Assembly: GCA_002633005.1 (NCBI GenBank)
Contig: NMRA01000250.1
Span: 300,657 to 364,656, forward strand
Reading direction: 5' to 3'
DNA: 64,000 bases
From: Phoronis australis
Lineage: Eukaryota > Animalia > Phoronida
Part shown: positions 42,901 to 51,633 of the stretch, piece after piece
How the letters are laid out: every line of letters begins with the position of its first letter
Position numbering within the stretch: the stretch's first letter is position 1
The notes under the pieces: generated by a model
Database searches by the model: none
Seen by the model: the letters and a program-made list of their open reading frames with translations, nothing else
Told to the model about the DNA's origin: nothing
Made by a program: the position numbers and the translations under genes

Positions 42901-45900
42901 GTATTGTACCTACAGTATAATTATAGTTGACTGTGATCATGTCTTGTAACCAGACAAGGGATCAACATATTTCCCACATCCTCATTAGTGGACCTAGAAA
43001 AATGCTTTGTATGATTGACCTAGTTTTCAAAATGTAGGGCACTATATACTATATAGTCGAGTTGGGAAAGAGAAGAATGATTTATCAAGTTTCATTCACC
43101 TTTTTCTTTCCATTTTTTTTTTGATGTCTCTATTGTAACTAGTTTATTTACAACATCAGCGCACCTGAATGGCTAATAGTAATGAATCTTACCGTAATCG
43201 TTCGGGTTAACGCCCATGCTCAGTTAACCGCCCATCCTCGACTTTGACTGGATTTTCGATTTAACCGCCCACTGCTCGGTTAAGCGCCCCCCCCCCTGCG
43301 ATTTTTGAAGATTTCCAGTTAAGCGCCCACCTCTCGGTTAAGTGCCCATCCCCGACTTTTAAAGAATGAAGATTTAGCGTCTAGTGCTAAGGAAACGCGC
43401 GATTCCCCGACTTTTAGAAAAAGATCGACGACCACAATGAGTGCAACAACGCCGGGACTCCGAGACGGTGGTTTAGCAATCTGAATTATAATACAGGTAA
43501 CGAGTTAATGTCTTGGGTCATGAACTCATTTCAAAATATAATACTTGAACCTTTTTGTCACTTTATTTTCTTCCTTGTTTGCAAAGTTTAAGAATGCCGC
43601 CGGCGTCAAAACCTCCGCTTTCAGCGACTTTGTCTGCCGCGCTGAATTTCCGTCTGCAGTGCACTAGATAAAACATATATTCGAAAAAATCCGGCCAGAG
43701 AAATGTGACAATGGTTTTGCCAACCCTCCAAATTCTATTAAGGTGGGAAGCTCTCGTATTTTGAACAAATCTCACAACTCACGGAAAGATGTCAAATTCT
43801 CAATATTTTGATGAATATAACTGCCGAGTTATAGAGGATGTGGCCGGGCGACCGAAGGGACAGTACAAGTGCCTTACTGGGTTACCGATTTCGTTGCTGC
43901 CGGTCGATTTCTGAATTCAAACGTTGGCAGTAATGTATGTTTGTGTATGATCTTGAAGTAATACAAAAACGGCTAGTCAAATTTTTTCGCTTATTGCATC
44001 TCAGTCAACTTGAACTGGTTAGCAGATTTAACTAATGTCGCTGGCTGTTCTTTACTATTCTTGCGTCAGCCTGCACATAAGCGTGACTGTGTGAATTTTC
44101 GTTTCCACATCCCCTTTTTAGCCATCCAGAATAATTTTGTTTATACATTGGCTATTTTCAGCCTGAACAAAAAGTCTTACCATTTGAGTCTGAAATATCT
44201 ACGACGTAGACTGCTTGACGATAGTGGGTAGGAGATTCACACAGCTAGTTACAGGGATGGGCTTAGGGAGCATCGAGCCGGGAAATATGGCAATAGACTT
44301 GACATCGCAGTTTTGGGGAACATTGGCAACGGAGGAATATCGTAAAGAACTGGGTCTTTCGTAACAACAGCTTAAAAGCACGTTTTTGTAACTTCGGACA
44401 GTCGCTATGTGTGACTGATTTGTAGTGGTGCACGTGCGCAAGTTCCCACACTTTGGAGTGCATGTTACCTTGACACCAAAATGTGATTGACAGGTGACTC
44501 ACACGTAGGTCCTACGTGTGTGCTGAATACCAACACTATCTTTGGCCATAAAAAACGAGATGCATATTGAAAGAGGCCGTTATATTACTTGACGGCATTT
44601 CCAAGTCACAATTGTAAGCCGACTGACATTGCGCGAGAACAGCAGGACCGAACAGTGCCGCAGTGCGATATTACAAGCGATATAAATAGGATAATCTGGA
44701 CATCTTGCATGAAAAATAAATGTTTTTCCACCACGAAGTTTAGTAAGGTGATCGTTTAGAATAATGAATTGAAACATTGCTGTTTTCTGACATTTTGTAA
44801 CATATTTATGCAGTTGCTTGAAATTTTANCGAAATTCGGACACTAGCGGAAACCCAAATTTGGAGGTCCGCCAAATTCGGACACCACAAAATGATATTTC
44901 GCGAGATTCGTCCAAGAATGAATTTTTTCTATTGGAATTAATTTTCAGTGTCCGAAAATCACGCGACTTTACCGTACATATAGTACGAGACTGTAACCAT
45001 AAATTTGATGTCTGACCTCTGCAACACGTGAAGCTTGCACGCGCGCACTTAAGCAGGGTCACATCTTGAAACAGTTTTAATTCTAGTGGAGGCTGCGAGG
45101 TCACTGGTCGTCTGCGCACCGCAGGACGGCACGGGGCTATTACTCAGCAATTTTGTAAATTTAATAGTGAATGACGAATCTGAGGGCAAGAGAACCTTTG
45201 TTGGGATCATCCGCTGTTATGATGGTTTCACAGTCATTTGGCGACTTGACGATAAAGCTCTTTGAAAAGGGCTACGCGTTCCGAGTATGATTGTCGTGTT
45301 GGGATTTAGATCGCCAGGTAAGATTAACCGCCCAGGGCGGTTGTCTGTCGTAATAAGCGCCCATGATCGGTTAACCGCCCATCCCCTACTTTAGGTGGAT
45401 TTTCGATTTAACCGCCCACTTCTCAGTTAACCGCCCTTCCCCGATTTTTTGGATTCGCCAATTTAACCGCCCAGGGCGTTAACCCGAACGATTACGGTAA
45501 TATAAGAGTCAATAGTAGTACAGCAAAGGGCAAGTGCCCTATGGAGGCACAGCATTGTAGGTAATTACTGTTGAGTCAGAGAAGGCGCTGTGTAATTTTG
45601 GGACATGGCTAATCATAAGTTTCCAGTTCAAGCTCAGCCCTTACAGTATGACGTAAGACAGAATGTTTTTGGTGAGCCGCCCTCCACACTGGGCACTCTT
45701 TATTCCAAACATTTTGAGTATCACACACTGGAGCTTTAGGCAAACAACCCCGCAGCATTTATTCAAAAAGTATCATTTTAGGGAACCAGAGTCAAATCCG
45801 AATCTACACCCAGGCATATGTTTGGAAGTGATGAATACATGCTCGGGTGTACCAATACTGTAACAGCGCACAGTATAAACAACACGCCAATGTATGCTTG

Positions 45901-47560
45901 TTCCCTCAGGTACCAGTATATTGTAGAACATTTATTTACAGTTTGGTGTCTACTTCCTGTGAAACTAGGGAAACCCCCCACATACCTTTTTCCAAAATAA
46001 ACACTCTGGGCATACCTGCAGAAAAATTTCCCGTTAGGTCTCTCTACAGAAAGCTCCCCTATCCTCAACAAAACTAAGCCCATAATGCTTCATATTGCAT
46101 ACAGATTCACCATGGCCAACACAGCAACAGCCAGAAGGAAAATGCAAAAACGTACATCTTACTCACAAAATGATTAGAAATCTTCTAATGTAAGCTCCGA
46201 GGCAAATCTTGAGCAAATGAGATAGAAACGCGTCAAGACACCATTCGGGTGGAAAAAGCTCGTCTGACTAGAATACGGCTCCATCCATAACTACACAGTG
46301 CAGATCTCTATAGGTGTTGGTAATCACCACACCTTTTGAGAGATTCCAGGCTCGAGGGTGAAAAGAAAATGGGTCAGGGTAATAGAAAAAACTGATGAAA
46401 GCAACAAAGAATGCCTGGCCCGTTAATTATTGTTCTCTGTCAAAGAGATGTCAGAGTTCAACATTTAGGTAAACATGGGATCTGTAAAAACAGGTGGATA
46501 GAAAATAGACGTTGGAATGATTGACTTGGACTTTTATCAGTACAGAGAGGGTGAGGAGGCTGACCTATGTAAGAAAACCTTTGCAGTTGCTTTTAGAAGA
46601 AGAGATGTAAATCAGTCAATCATTAGAAGAGGACCAACAGAAACAGTGCACTGTCTGGGGGGTGGGGGAGGGGGGGTAACTATTAAAAACAATACAAAGT
46701 TTGGAAGAATCATTAACTGCTGAAAGCTGTACAGGAGGGCGTTAACATTCAAAGAATATGCATGCAACATCCACTGCCACCCAATTGGCTGATGTGAAAA
46801 AGCACACGATATAGGTTTGAAGCAAACTGCCTGATGAACATTAAATACTTTCATTAATTATTTGACTTTTGATAGGATATTAACCCCAACATGCAGAGCA
46901 CTAAATGAAAAATACGCCCACAAGCAGTCATTAAAATTATCACCTAGAATAGTCCCCAAAAAGAAACTGATTTGTCTACGGTCTATTTCTGTCCTGGCTG
47001 GCAAAATCTGTCAAAGACAAAACATCATACAATATCACTACACAGGAGAGCTTTCCCGAACCAAAATATGAAATTTGTATTCCCATAACATTCACTCTCC
47101 ATCTTCGATTTCAAAATGTACAAAAACTAAAAAAATGCTTTAAATGAAGCGTAAGACATTTGTCTGTGATACTCATGCACCGTAGATTGTACGGTTCACA
47201 TGAACTGTGGCCTTTTGGCCTTTGGAAAATGTTTGTCCAAAATACCATGGACTTCATCAACATAGCAGAACACAGTTCAAGCTTTAACACTTTGTCACAC
47301 AGTGTTGTTATGAGAGGAGAAAGTTGTGGGATCAAATAAACCCCAGTGACTATTTCTCACAAGCTTTAGATTTCAAGTTTGTTTATTTGACAAAAAAGAA
47401 TATTGAATCAAACTTGTGAAGCAGAGAGAGCTGTAATTAGATTATCGCCAAAGTTATAAACTTTAGACAACCCCTGGGCTAGAACAAAAGAAGCACCTAC
47501 CTTCAGACGACTGTTGCGAGGGGTACTGCCAGGGTTGAGAATACTTTTGGTTGTAGCCAT
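836..47560 (-). CDS. PHLDB: PHLDB/LL5-family protein (FHA + low-complexity + coiled coil), multi-exon, 3' end outside window: join(47501-47560,42481-42522,29560-29680,25855-26037,12470-12595,10013-12054,9161-9286,7214-7351,5259-5453,3976-4068,3215-3325,836-961)
   Basis: Translated exons match recalled PHLDB1 hallmarks: 'ETGKGVKVQTDKPHLVSLGSGRLSTAITLLPLAEG', 'GCMICLGRSNYFRFNHP', 'RLEEILSMCAEY', 'LELERALLEGE', 'FEELEFQQLE'. All junctions are GT-AG and phase-compatible with no in-frame stop. Confidence 0.93.
1522..1560. repeat. (ACAAT)n microsatellite; short (TG)n at about 1299-1317
   Basis: Direct reading. Confidence 0.93.
2756..2797 (-). CDS. Candidate 42-nt cassette exon (KSLNKKRADVNIIA)
   Basis: ccatttctttgcgtacctag|...GCG|GTGAGC, open in phase 0. 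Confidence 0.45.
3215..3325 (-). CDS. PHLDB: PHLDB coiled-coil exon (VRMKEIDQQQKDMLNMVKGEVESMEQARQTSVEQFRK)
   Basis: Acceptor cattttttcag, donor AAG|GTACGA, phase 0-0. Confidence 0.87.
3976..4068 (-). CDS. PHLDB: PHLDB coiled-coil exon (VEARFEEEREIVQRQLVNEKDSLINKCKSRE)
   Basis: Acceptor ttgtttctacag, donor GAG|GTGTGT, phase 0-0. Confidence 0.88.
4299..4704. repeat. Minisatellite, 31-bp unit x ~13
   Basis: ctcagcagcctattgtccaactggtcttcat, perfect copies; explains the overlapping ORFs at 4203-4801. Confidence 0.97.
5259..5453 (-). CDS. PHLDB: PHLDB coiled-coil exon (ENARIEAERFKLGE...KLFEELEFQQLE)
   Basis: 'FE.LEFQQLE' family motif; acceptor tttttattgcag, donor GAG|GTTGGT. Confidence 0.92.
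6569..6580 (-). CDS. Candidate 12-nt microexon (RRTW)
   Basis: tctttctctgtcgttctcag|AGGCGGACATGG|GTACGT in a phase-0 intron; TGCATG downstream at 6499-6504. Confidence 0.5.
7214..7351 (-). CDS. PHLDB: PHLDB coiled-coil exon (LELERALLEGEHQSELEGLRRDQERINELQRKLAGLTESATIEREA)
   Basis: 'LE.ERALL.GE' family motif; acceptor ttttcatgtag, donor GCG|GTAGGG. Confidence 0.92.
8438..8872. mobile_element. MITE with imperfect TIRs
   Basis: TTTACACAAGAGACAGTTGTCA at left pairs with TGACAGCTGTCTCTCGTGTAAA at right; interior richer in CpG than flanks; TSD unclear. Confidence 0.6.
9161..9286 (-). CDS. PHLDB: PHLDB coiled-coil exon (ETEMRMQIDKLKKTRQETVYKMACIKQEVTDVETQQQEAIKE)
   Basis: Acceptor aatttctag, donor GAA|GTGAGT, phase 0-0, heptad-like composition. 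Confidence 0.88.
10013..12054 (-). CDS. PHLDB: PHLDB large 2042-nt exon, Ser/Thr-rich disordered region
   Basis: Coincides with the 695-aa ORF; acceptor tatctttgtag, donor GAT|GTAAGT, phase 1-0; contains 'EQQRLEEILSMCAEYEKQ'. Confidence 0.93.
12470..12595 (-). CDS. PHLDB: PHLDB exon, FHA end (GCMICLGRSNYFRFNHPQQAKQMKDSLPANARISMAPIGFLP)
   Basis: 'FRFNHP' signature; acceptor gcatttcag, donor G|GTCAGT, phase 1-1. Confidence 0.93.
16307..18454. other. ~1.05-kb near-identical tandem duplication joined by single N (17423); probable haplotype overlap
   Basis: Sequence after the N restarts at agccacaggagatcac (16307) with scattered SNPs and indels. Confidence 0.85.
18947..19266. mobile_element. Dispersed ~310-bp repeat, copy 1 (copy 2 at about 48636-48950)
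   Basis: Shared end gtcatggac..gagaaattggg.aaac.catt.gg.c.ccctatttttgaaa...atgaacccct. Confidence 0.55.
19869..19877 (-). CDS. Candidate 9-nt microexon (adds AEE)
   Basis: cctatttctcatcagttttag|CCGAGGAAG|GTACAT in a phase-1 intron; TGCATG downstream at 19801-19806. Confidence 0.35.
21539..21990. mobile_element. Degenerate MITE-like element with GGGG..GTACT / AGTACCCCCC termini
   Basis: ccgggggcgggtact at left and agtaccccccc at right; superfamily not assignable. Confidence 0.45.
22082..22206. repeat. Tandem duplication, ~63 bp x 2
   Basis: cagaccagtaacagggtcaggcctgttaggggacaactgtccctggatgtcaaacaatgag occurs twice. Confidence 0.9.
25591..25822. repeat. Minisatellite, ~46-bp unit x ~5
   Basis: tgaacaataatcatttaccatcagcctgatatgaatgtatatcaac, about 30 bp from the 25855 donor. 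Confidence 0.93.
25855..26037 (-). CDS. PHLDB: PHLDB exon, FHA core (KTKIGTGRAVRPQDIVIQGTGVESEHCFIQNIGGIVSLHPISKLCTIDGLRVEEPTVLTQG)
   Basis: Kinesin-3/PHLDB1-type FHA pattern 'DI.I.G.GV..EHC.I'; acceptor ctcttacag, donor G|GTAAGT, phase 1-1. Not reported in the ORF track in this frame. Confidence 0.93.
27321..29535. mobile_element. Non-autonomous hAT-like DNA transposon, 5-bp TSD (hAT5-type)
   Basis: Perfect 13-bp TIR CAGTGTTCTCCAC / GTGGAGAACACTG; flanking direct repeat ACATC at 27316-27320 and 29536-29540; subterminal CCTGTTT repeats; no transposase ORF seen. Confidence 0.85.
29560..29680 (-). CDS. PHLDB: PHLDB exon, start of FHA region (ERLEVTETGKGVKVQTDKPHLVSLGSGRLSTAITLLPLAEG)
   Basis: Near-identical to the recalled PHLDB1 N-terminal motif; acceptor tttttctcgcag, donor G|GTGGGT, phase 0-1. 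Confidence 0.95.
31508..31582 (-). CDS. Candidate alternative first coding exon (MVDMSMLGVEFHQLCDCHCFAHEDV)
   Basis: ATG-initiated 25 open codons ending at phase-0 donor GTT|GTGAGTA, compatible with the 29680 acceptor. Confidence 0.4.
32908..34302. other. ~0.55-kb duplication joined by single N (33776); probable haplotype overlap
   Basis: cataatccttaatgtcgc restarts at 33777. Confidence 0.85.
33404..33775. repeat. Minisatellite, 48-bp unit x >=7.7, truncated by N
   Basis: aactcaccaagtggtatgttcatgtacaaagggtagccagccacatgt. Confidence 0.95.
34435..34654. repeat. Minisatellite, 44-bp unit x 5
   Basis: gttaagcatggtaacctta(cg/ac)cattaatgcctagatgcctattg. Confidence 0.95.
36797..37100. mobile_element. 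Degenerate TA-flanked MITE; related end at about 9530-9738
   Basis: tacggtaaaaattccccaaatttgggac ... gtcccaaattggagaatttcc; tcccaaattggagaatttcaaccgta occurs at about 9713-9738. Confidence 0.5.
38182..38460. repeat. Minisatellite, 19-bp unit x ~14
   Basis: aacagtatgccgtttgccc, decaying rightwards. Confidence 0.95.
42481..42522 (-). CDS. PHLDB: PHLDB 42-nt exon (DDDESESGSDTEVQ)
   Basis: Acceptor gtgtttttgttgttttag, donor CAG|GTATTT, phase 0-0. The junction 'TEVQ|ERLEVTETGKG' resembles recalled human PHLDB1 'TMVQKGPLDLIETGKG'. Confidence 0.7.
43192..45497. mobile_element. Non-autonomous Tc1/mariner-superfamily (Tc2/pogo-like) element
   Basis: Perfect 24-bp TIR CCGTAATCGTTCGGGTTAACGCCC, TA on both flanks, TTAACCGCCC subterminal arrays at both ends; internal N at 44829. 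Confidence 0.85.
47501..47560 (-). CDS. PHLDB: PHLDB putative first coding exon (MATTKSILNPGSTPRNSRLK); exon probably starts at 47607
   Basis: Acceptor ttgcttttcag (AG ends 47608), Kozak-like AGCCATGG, donor AAG|GTAGGT, phase 0. Confidence 0.65.
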
Positions 47561-47576
47561 GGCTACACACTGTCAA

Positions 47577-47600
47577 TCACCGTTCCAAGGTGAGTTCCAT
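47577..47600 (-). promoter_or_regulatory. uORF (MELTLER*) in the putative start exon
   Basis: ATG GAA CTC ACC TTG GAA CGG TGA, ending 16 nt before the main ATG; depends on the start-exon call. Confidence 0.5.
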
Positions 47601-47711
47601 TAGACCTCTGAAAAGCAATGACATCAGAAATTAGGTTGAAATTTACATTCCTTCCTGCATATAAATGTATAGTAAGAAAGTTAATGCATAGCTGACAGTC
47701 CACAGGCGTGT

Positions 47712-47856
47712 TCAACTTTACTAAACATCACTAATACCCACATAAAACCAGGGATATCTCAACTTTACTAAACATCACTAATACCCACATAAAACCAGGG
47801 ATATCTCAACTTTACTAAACATCACTAATACCCACATAAAACCAGGGATATCTCAA
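47712..47856. repeat. Minisatellite, 47-bp unit x 3
   Basis: tcaactttactaaacatcactaatacccacataaaaccagggatatc. Confidence 0.93.
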
Positions 47857-48635
47857 AAAGCACAACGTGGCAGAAACAATGTATCCGCATTATCTTCACA
47901 GTAATTGAAATCTGTCACGAAATTCTCAGACATAAAACATAAGTTTCGTACATAGGTTCAAACCAGTTCATCCATTAAAACCTGATACAATCTAATGCAA
48001 TATTCAATAATGCAATTCTTGGTAGCCCAAATTTTCTTGGAAACACAAACACGAGCATGGTACACACATTTTACCTTCTATTCCACCTCTCCCCAAGTTC
48101 ACAGGTCTCCAACAGTTCCAAACAAATCAACAAAAGAGTCCTTACAGTGGACAAGAATCTGACCCAAAGGAGTGGGCGTTGTATTGGTTGACCTTACCAC
48201 CAGTCAACACACATTAAAGAGGACATATCTCAGAGTAAACATTTGAGTCCTGTTACAATGGCAATTCCAACAACAGGACACCAGCGAAGGTTTACATTGG
48301 AAACTGATAACCTTAGTGAGGCTCATGTCTTCAAGAGACTAATAGCTTTTGTGTTTTGAGTGAAGCAGAAAGTCAGAAACCTGACTACAAATAGCCATAA
48401 GTTGATTTTTTGTCTTTTACCTTCCTCAAAATGTTTTGTCTTCTGTTTGGTGGAGCAGACTATGGATTTCTGTGCTTTAACTTCCGAGTTGTAGACGGAT
48501 TTTCCGACTTTCAGCCTAAGCCAGATATTCGTGAAACAGGCTGAGCCATCAGCACACTTGACTTTCAGCCAAATTTTCCAAGACTAAAAATCAACATTCT
48601 TTGAGAAAAAGGACTTCGAGGTCTAAGTTCTGACC

Positions 48636-48950
48636 CAGCCTTCATCTAGAATGTGACCTGGACGTCCAAATGGATACCCCGACTCCAGTTTAGACACCCC
48701 AGCTAGGACACGCTGCATAACATTCGGACACCCTGGGAGCTTACTGACGTACACAAGAATAAAAAGATTGGTTTAGAAACGATGTAAGTTATGAAAAACT
48801 TTCCAAAACCACAGCAACATAACACACTATAGCAGCAATTTGACTTGGGGGCCATAAAAACGCTGTCACGCGTTACTGGTCATGGACGTCCCGAGAAATT
48901 GGGAAACCCATTCTGGACCCCCTATTTTTGAAATCCTGAATGAACCCCTC
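48636..48950. mobile_element. Dispersed ~310-bp repeat, copy 2
   Basis: Homologous by eye to 18947-19266. Confidence 0.55.
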
Positions 48951-50608
48951 GTCTCGAACGGACAATTCAGACTGTAAAGTAAGGAGAGTAAAAAGCACAG
49001 AGATTTGGACTGTGAACTTTCACTGGTCAGGCTACGGTTCAGATCTTATGCTGTCTTAAAACACCCAGAGAGTTAATAGTGCAATTTCAAAAAAAAAACA
49101 GCAAAAACAGTGGAAAGCAACCACGCGAGTAGTTTTACCAATAACAAAAATCCCAGTGACTAGAATGATTGCTGAATAGTCACTTTAGGGGGAGACTTTC
49201 TGGCGGTTTGAGTTATTTTTTCTAAAGCTGCTGATGTTTTCACTACCGCTTGAAAAGTCGCCTGCTGCAAGCTGTTTACTTCAAAGGACACAGATTCACA
49301 AGGGAAAGAGATACCCCCAGCTCATTTCTAAATCTGTTTAACTTTCATTAGGAAAGTCCGTTCTAATTCCATCAAATGCCACCTGGTACAAAGCTACTAA
49401 CATACAGGTACAAAACCTGCACTGTTTGGCACATGTTTCAAACAACGCCAATGGAATGTGTACTTTGCAACATGCTTATCTTCAGGGACAAGATTAACAC
49501 ATCATTGAAATGTCAATTTATACAAAAATCAACACAGACAGATCTGGGGGCTCTCATAGCCAAACCAGGGGCATTTCAAACCTATAGCCAGGACTAGCAG
49601 TGGTGAGGTTTCACACAAGACTTCTGAAAATTACACTTGTAGAAAACACAGGCAAGACAATACCACAATTAAAACTTGCATTTCCTACATTCAGCTGACC
49701 AAAAAAAACACAATTTTAAAGCAGCATTTCAACCTGTTTAGCTGCCTAAAAATGGTAATCGAATTAGAACTTTTACTTCCATAACAACGGTCTTATAATA
49801 TTTTAGAACCTTAAAACTGTGACTTTGAAAATGAGCACATGTGCCGTCACTTGAGCTGGAAATGGGAGAGTTCACAGTAAGGAACATCGTGGGAGATTTT
49901 ATGAAAGTAAAGGATCCATTCGTTTTCATTTTTTGTTGTGAAACGAAGACTTAAATCAAGCCAAATGCCTCAGCAAAATTGGCATCAGGGTTTTCCTTAA
50001 CATCATTTAAAATTAGGTCAAACCAAAGCAAATTCCATGATAGAATAGATCAAGACAGTGGGGGTGTATCTTTCCAAGAAGCAATCAGTGAACCCCATTT
50101 GAGTCCTTGTCTTTTCATGTGTAATAATGAGCGTTAACTCAACGTGTAATTTTTATGTACCAAAACAAAGACCTCCATCTCAAAAAAAAAACCAAAACGA
50201 TGGTTTCATAGTTGGCGCTGTACGGGACTTCAATTCGACAGGATTTTATGAACTTACTGCCACTATGAACATAAAGCGTTTATGAGCCAAAAAATATTCA
50301 GAAAATCGTAGACTTTATCCGGACGCCTCTAAATTGACCGGTTCCTTCTATTCAATTTACAGATTATTCAACACAATGCTATCACCCAATGACGTTAAAT
50401 TTTCTTTATGAGTCCAGTTTGATAGCAATTGGCAGACTTCTTCGTTTTATGTTTTAAAAGATGTGGGAAAGCTATGCAGCAGTACGAGTTCTTTTTGAGA
50501 AATTTGAAAAAAAAATGAATAACCGTAACAGCTAACGTGTACAACCAGAAGTCGTTACGAAACCAAACTACAAAACCAAGATCAATGACAGACTTCTGCG
50601 AAGCATCA

Positions 50609-51094
50609 CAGGGCTTGGAATGACCAATGACAAAAAACGCGGAAACTTTGAAACTTTTACGGCCCAAATCATGCCCGATAACCAGCCTTGAAATGGTCAA
50701 TGTGAACCTTTCCCTGACAAAAATCGGGAGGACTAAAAAAAAAAAAAAACGTTACCACCATCAGTAGCATGCGTCTGCGTCCTTTTAGCTCACCCGTCCA
50801 CTCCCAACCCACACATTTTTGGCTGCAGAGCGGTAGTATTTGTCACCGCGCTTAACAATAACACGAGACGCCATTGAAAATCCAACCACGCTGTCCCAGA
50901 TGCCCCGGCAATGTTGACAATTTACGTTCCTCCGAAACATAAAAAGCAACTTCCGCTTTTCGAAGTGAACGAAGGAATTTGCCGCGGAAATTTTATGTCA
51001 AATCCGATTTTTTTACGCGAAATATTATACAAAAAGCGGAAAGCACATTTGAAAAAGCGGAAATCCGCGTTTCCGCGGAAAATTCCAAGCCCTG
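50609..51094. mobile_element. hAT-like MITE, 6-bp TSD (hAT6-type)
   Basis: Perfect 13-bp TIR CAGGGCTTGGAAT / ATTCCAAGCCCTG; GCATCA at 50603-50608 and 51095-51100; GCGGAAA subterminal repeats. Confidence 0.85.
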
Positions 51095-51419
51095 GCATCA
51101 ACAGATATTGACATGGGACCAGTGAGTGATACACACCACATCAGCTCTACAACTACCGAATGATGGAAAATCACTTCTGAGCAAGTCAACCAGCATATAC
51201 TTCGAATAAAATTTTACAAAAAGACAAAAATAACTCCATCTATCACCAACAGAAAGTTGAAGTATGCCTGTCTACAAGTACATGGCAGTATACAAAAATA
51301 ATTGCAAGCGGTCTGGTACACGTTGTACCACATGTGGGCCCATTGCACTGATCACATGGAAATATTTTTTGTGCTTTAGTAATACATAGTTAAAACTGAG
51401 CTGAGGAGCTACAGACTAG

Positions 51420-51580
51420 ACTCAAGGGTTTAGCAGTGTGGCCCAATGGGACTCGAGGGTCTTCCAGTATGGCCCAGTGAGACTCAAGGGTCTAGCAGTG
51501 TGGTCCAGTGGGACTCAAGGGTCTAGCAGTGTGGCCCAGTGGGACTCAAGGGTCTAGCAGTGTGGCCCAGTGGGACTCGA
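51420..51580. repeat. Minisatellite, 31-bp unit x ~5, overlapping the SINE B box
   Basis: gactcaagggtctagcagtgtggcccagtgg. Confidence 0.9.
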
Positions 51581-51633
51581 ACCCACAACCTCGAATAAAG
51601 AAGGCGGGCACCATCACACTAGGCAACACTGCC
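51560..51633 (-). mobile_element. tRNA-derived SINE head (Pol III A and B boxes)
   Basis: Minus strand GGCAGTGTTGCCTAGTGT (A-box-like) ... GTGGGTTCGAGTCCCAC (B box in a T-arm hairpin); no full cloverleaf evident. Confidence 0.6.

Noticed and set aside
46160-46260. Minus-strand donor GTGAGT as another coding exon
   Set aside because: The phase-0 frame has a TAG just upstream and there is no clear acceptor.
51560-51633. Functional tRNA gene
   Set aside because: Only A/B boxes and the T-arm are evident; acceptor and anticodon stems do not pair convincingly.
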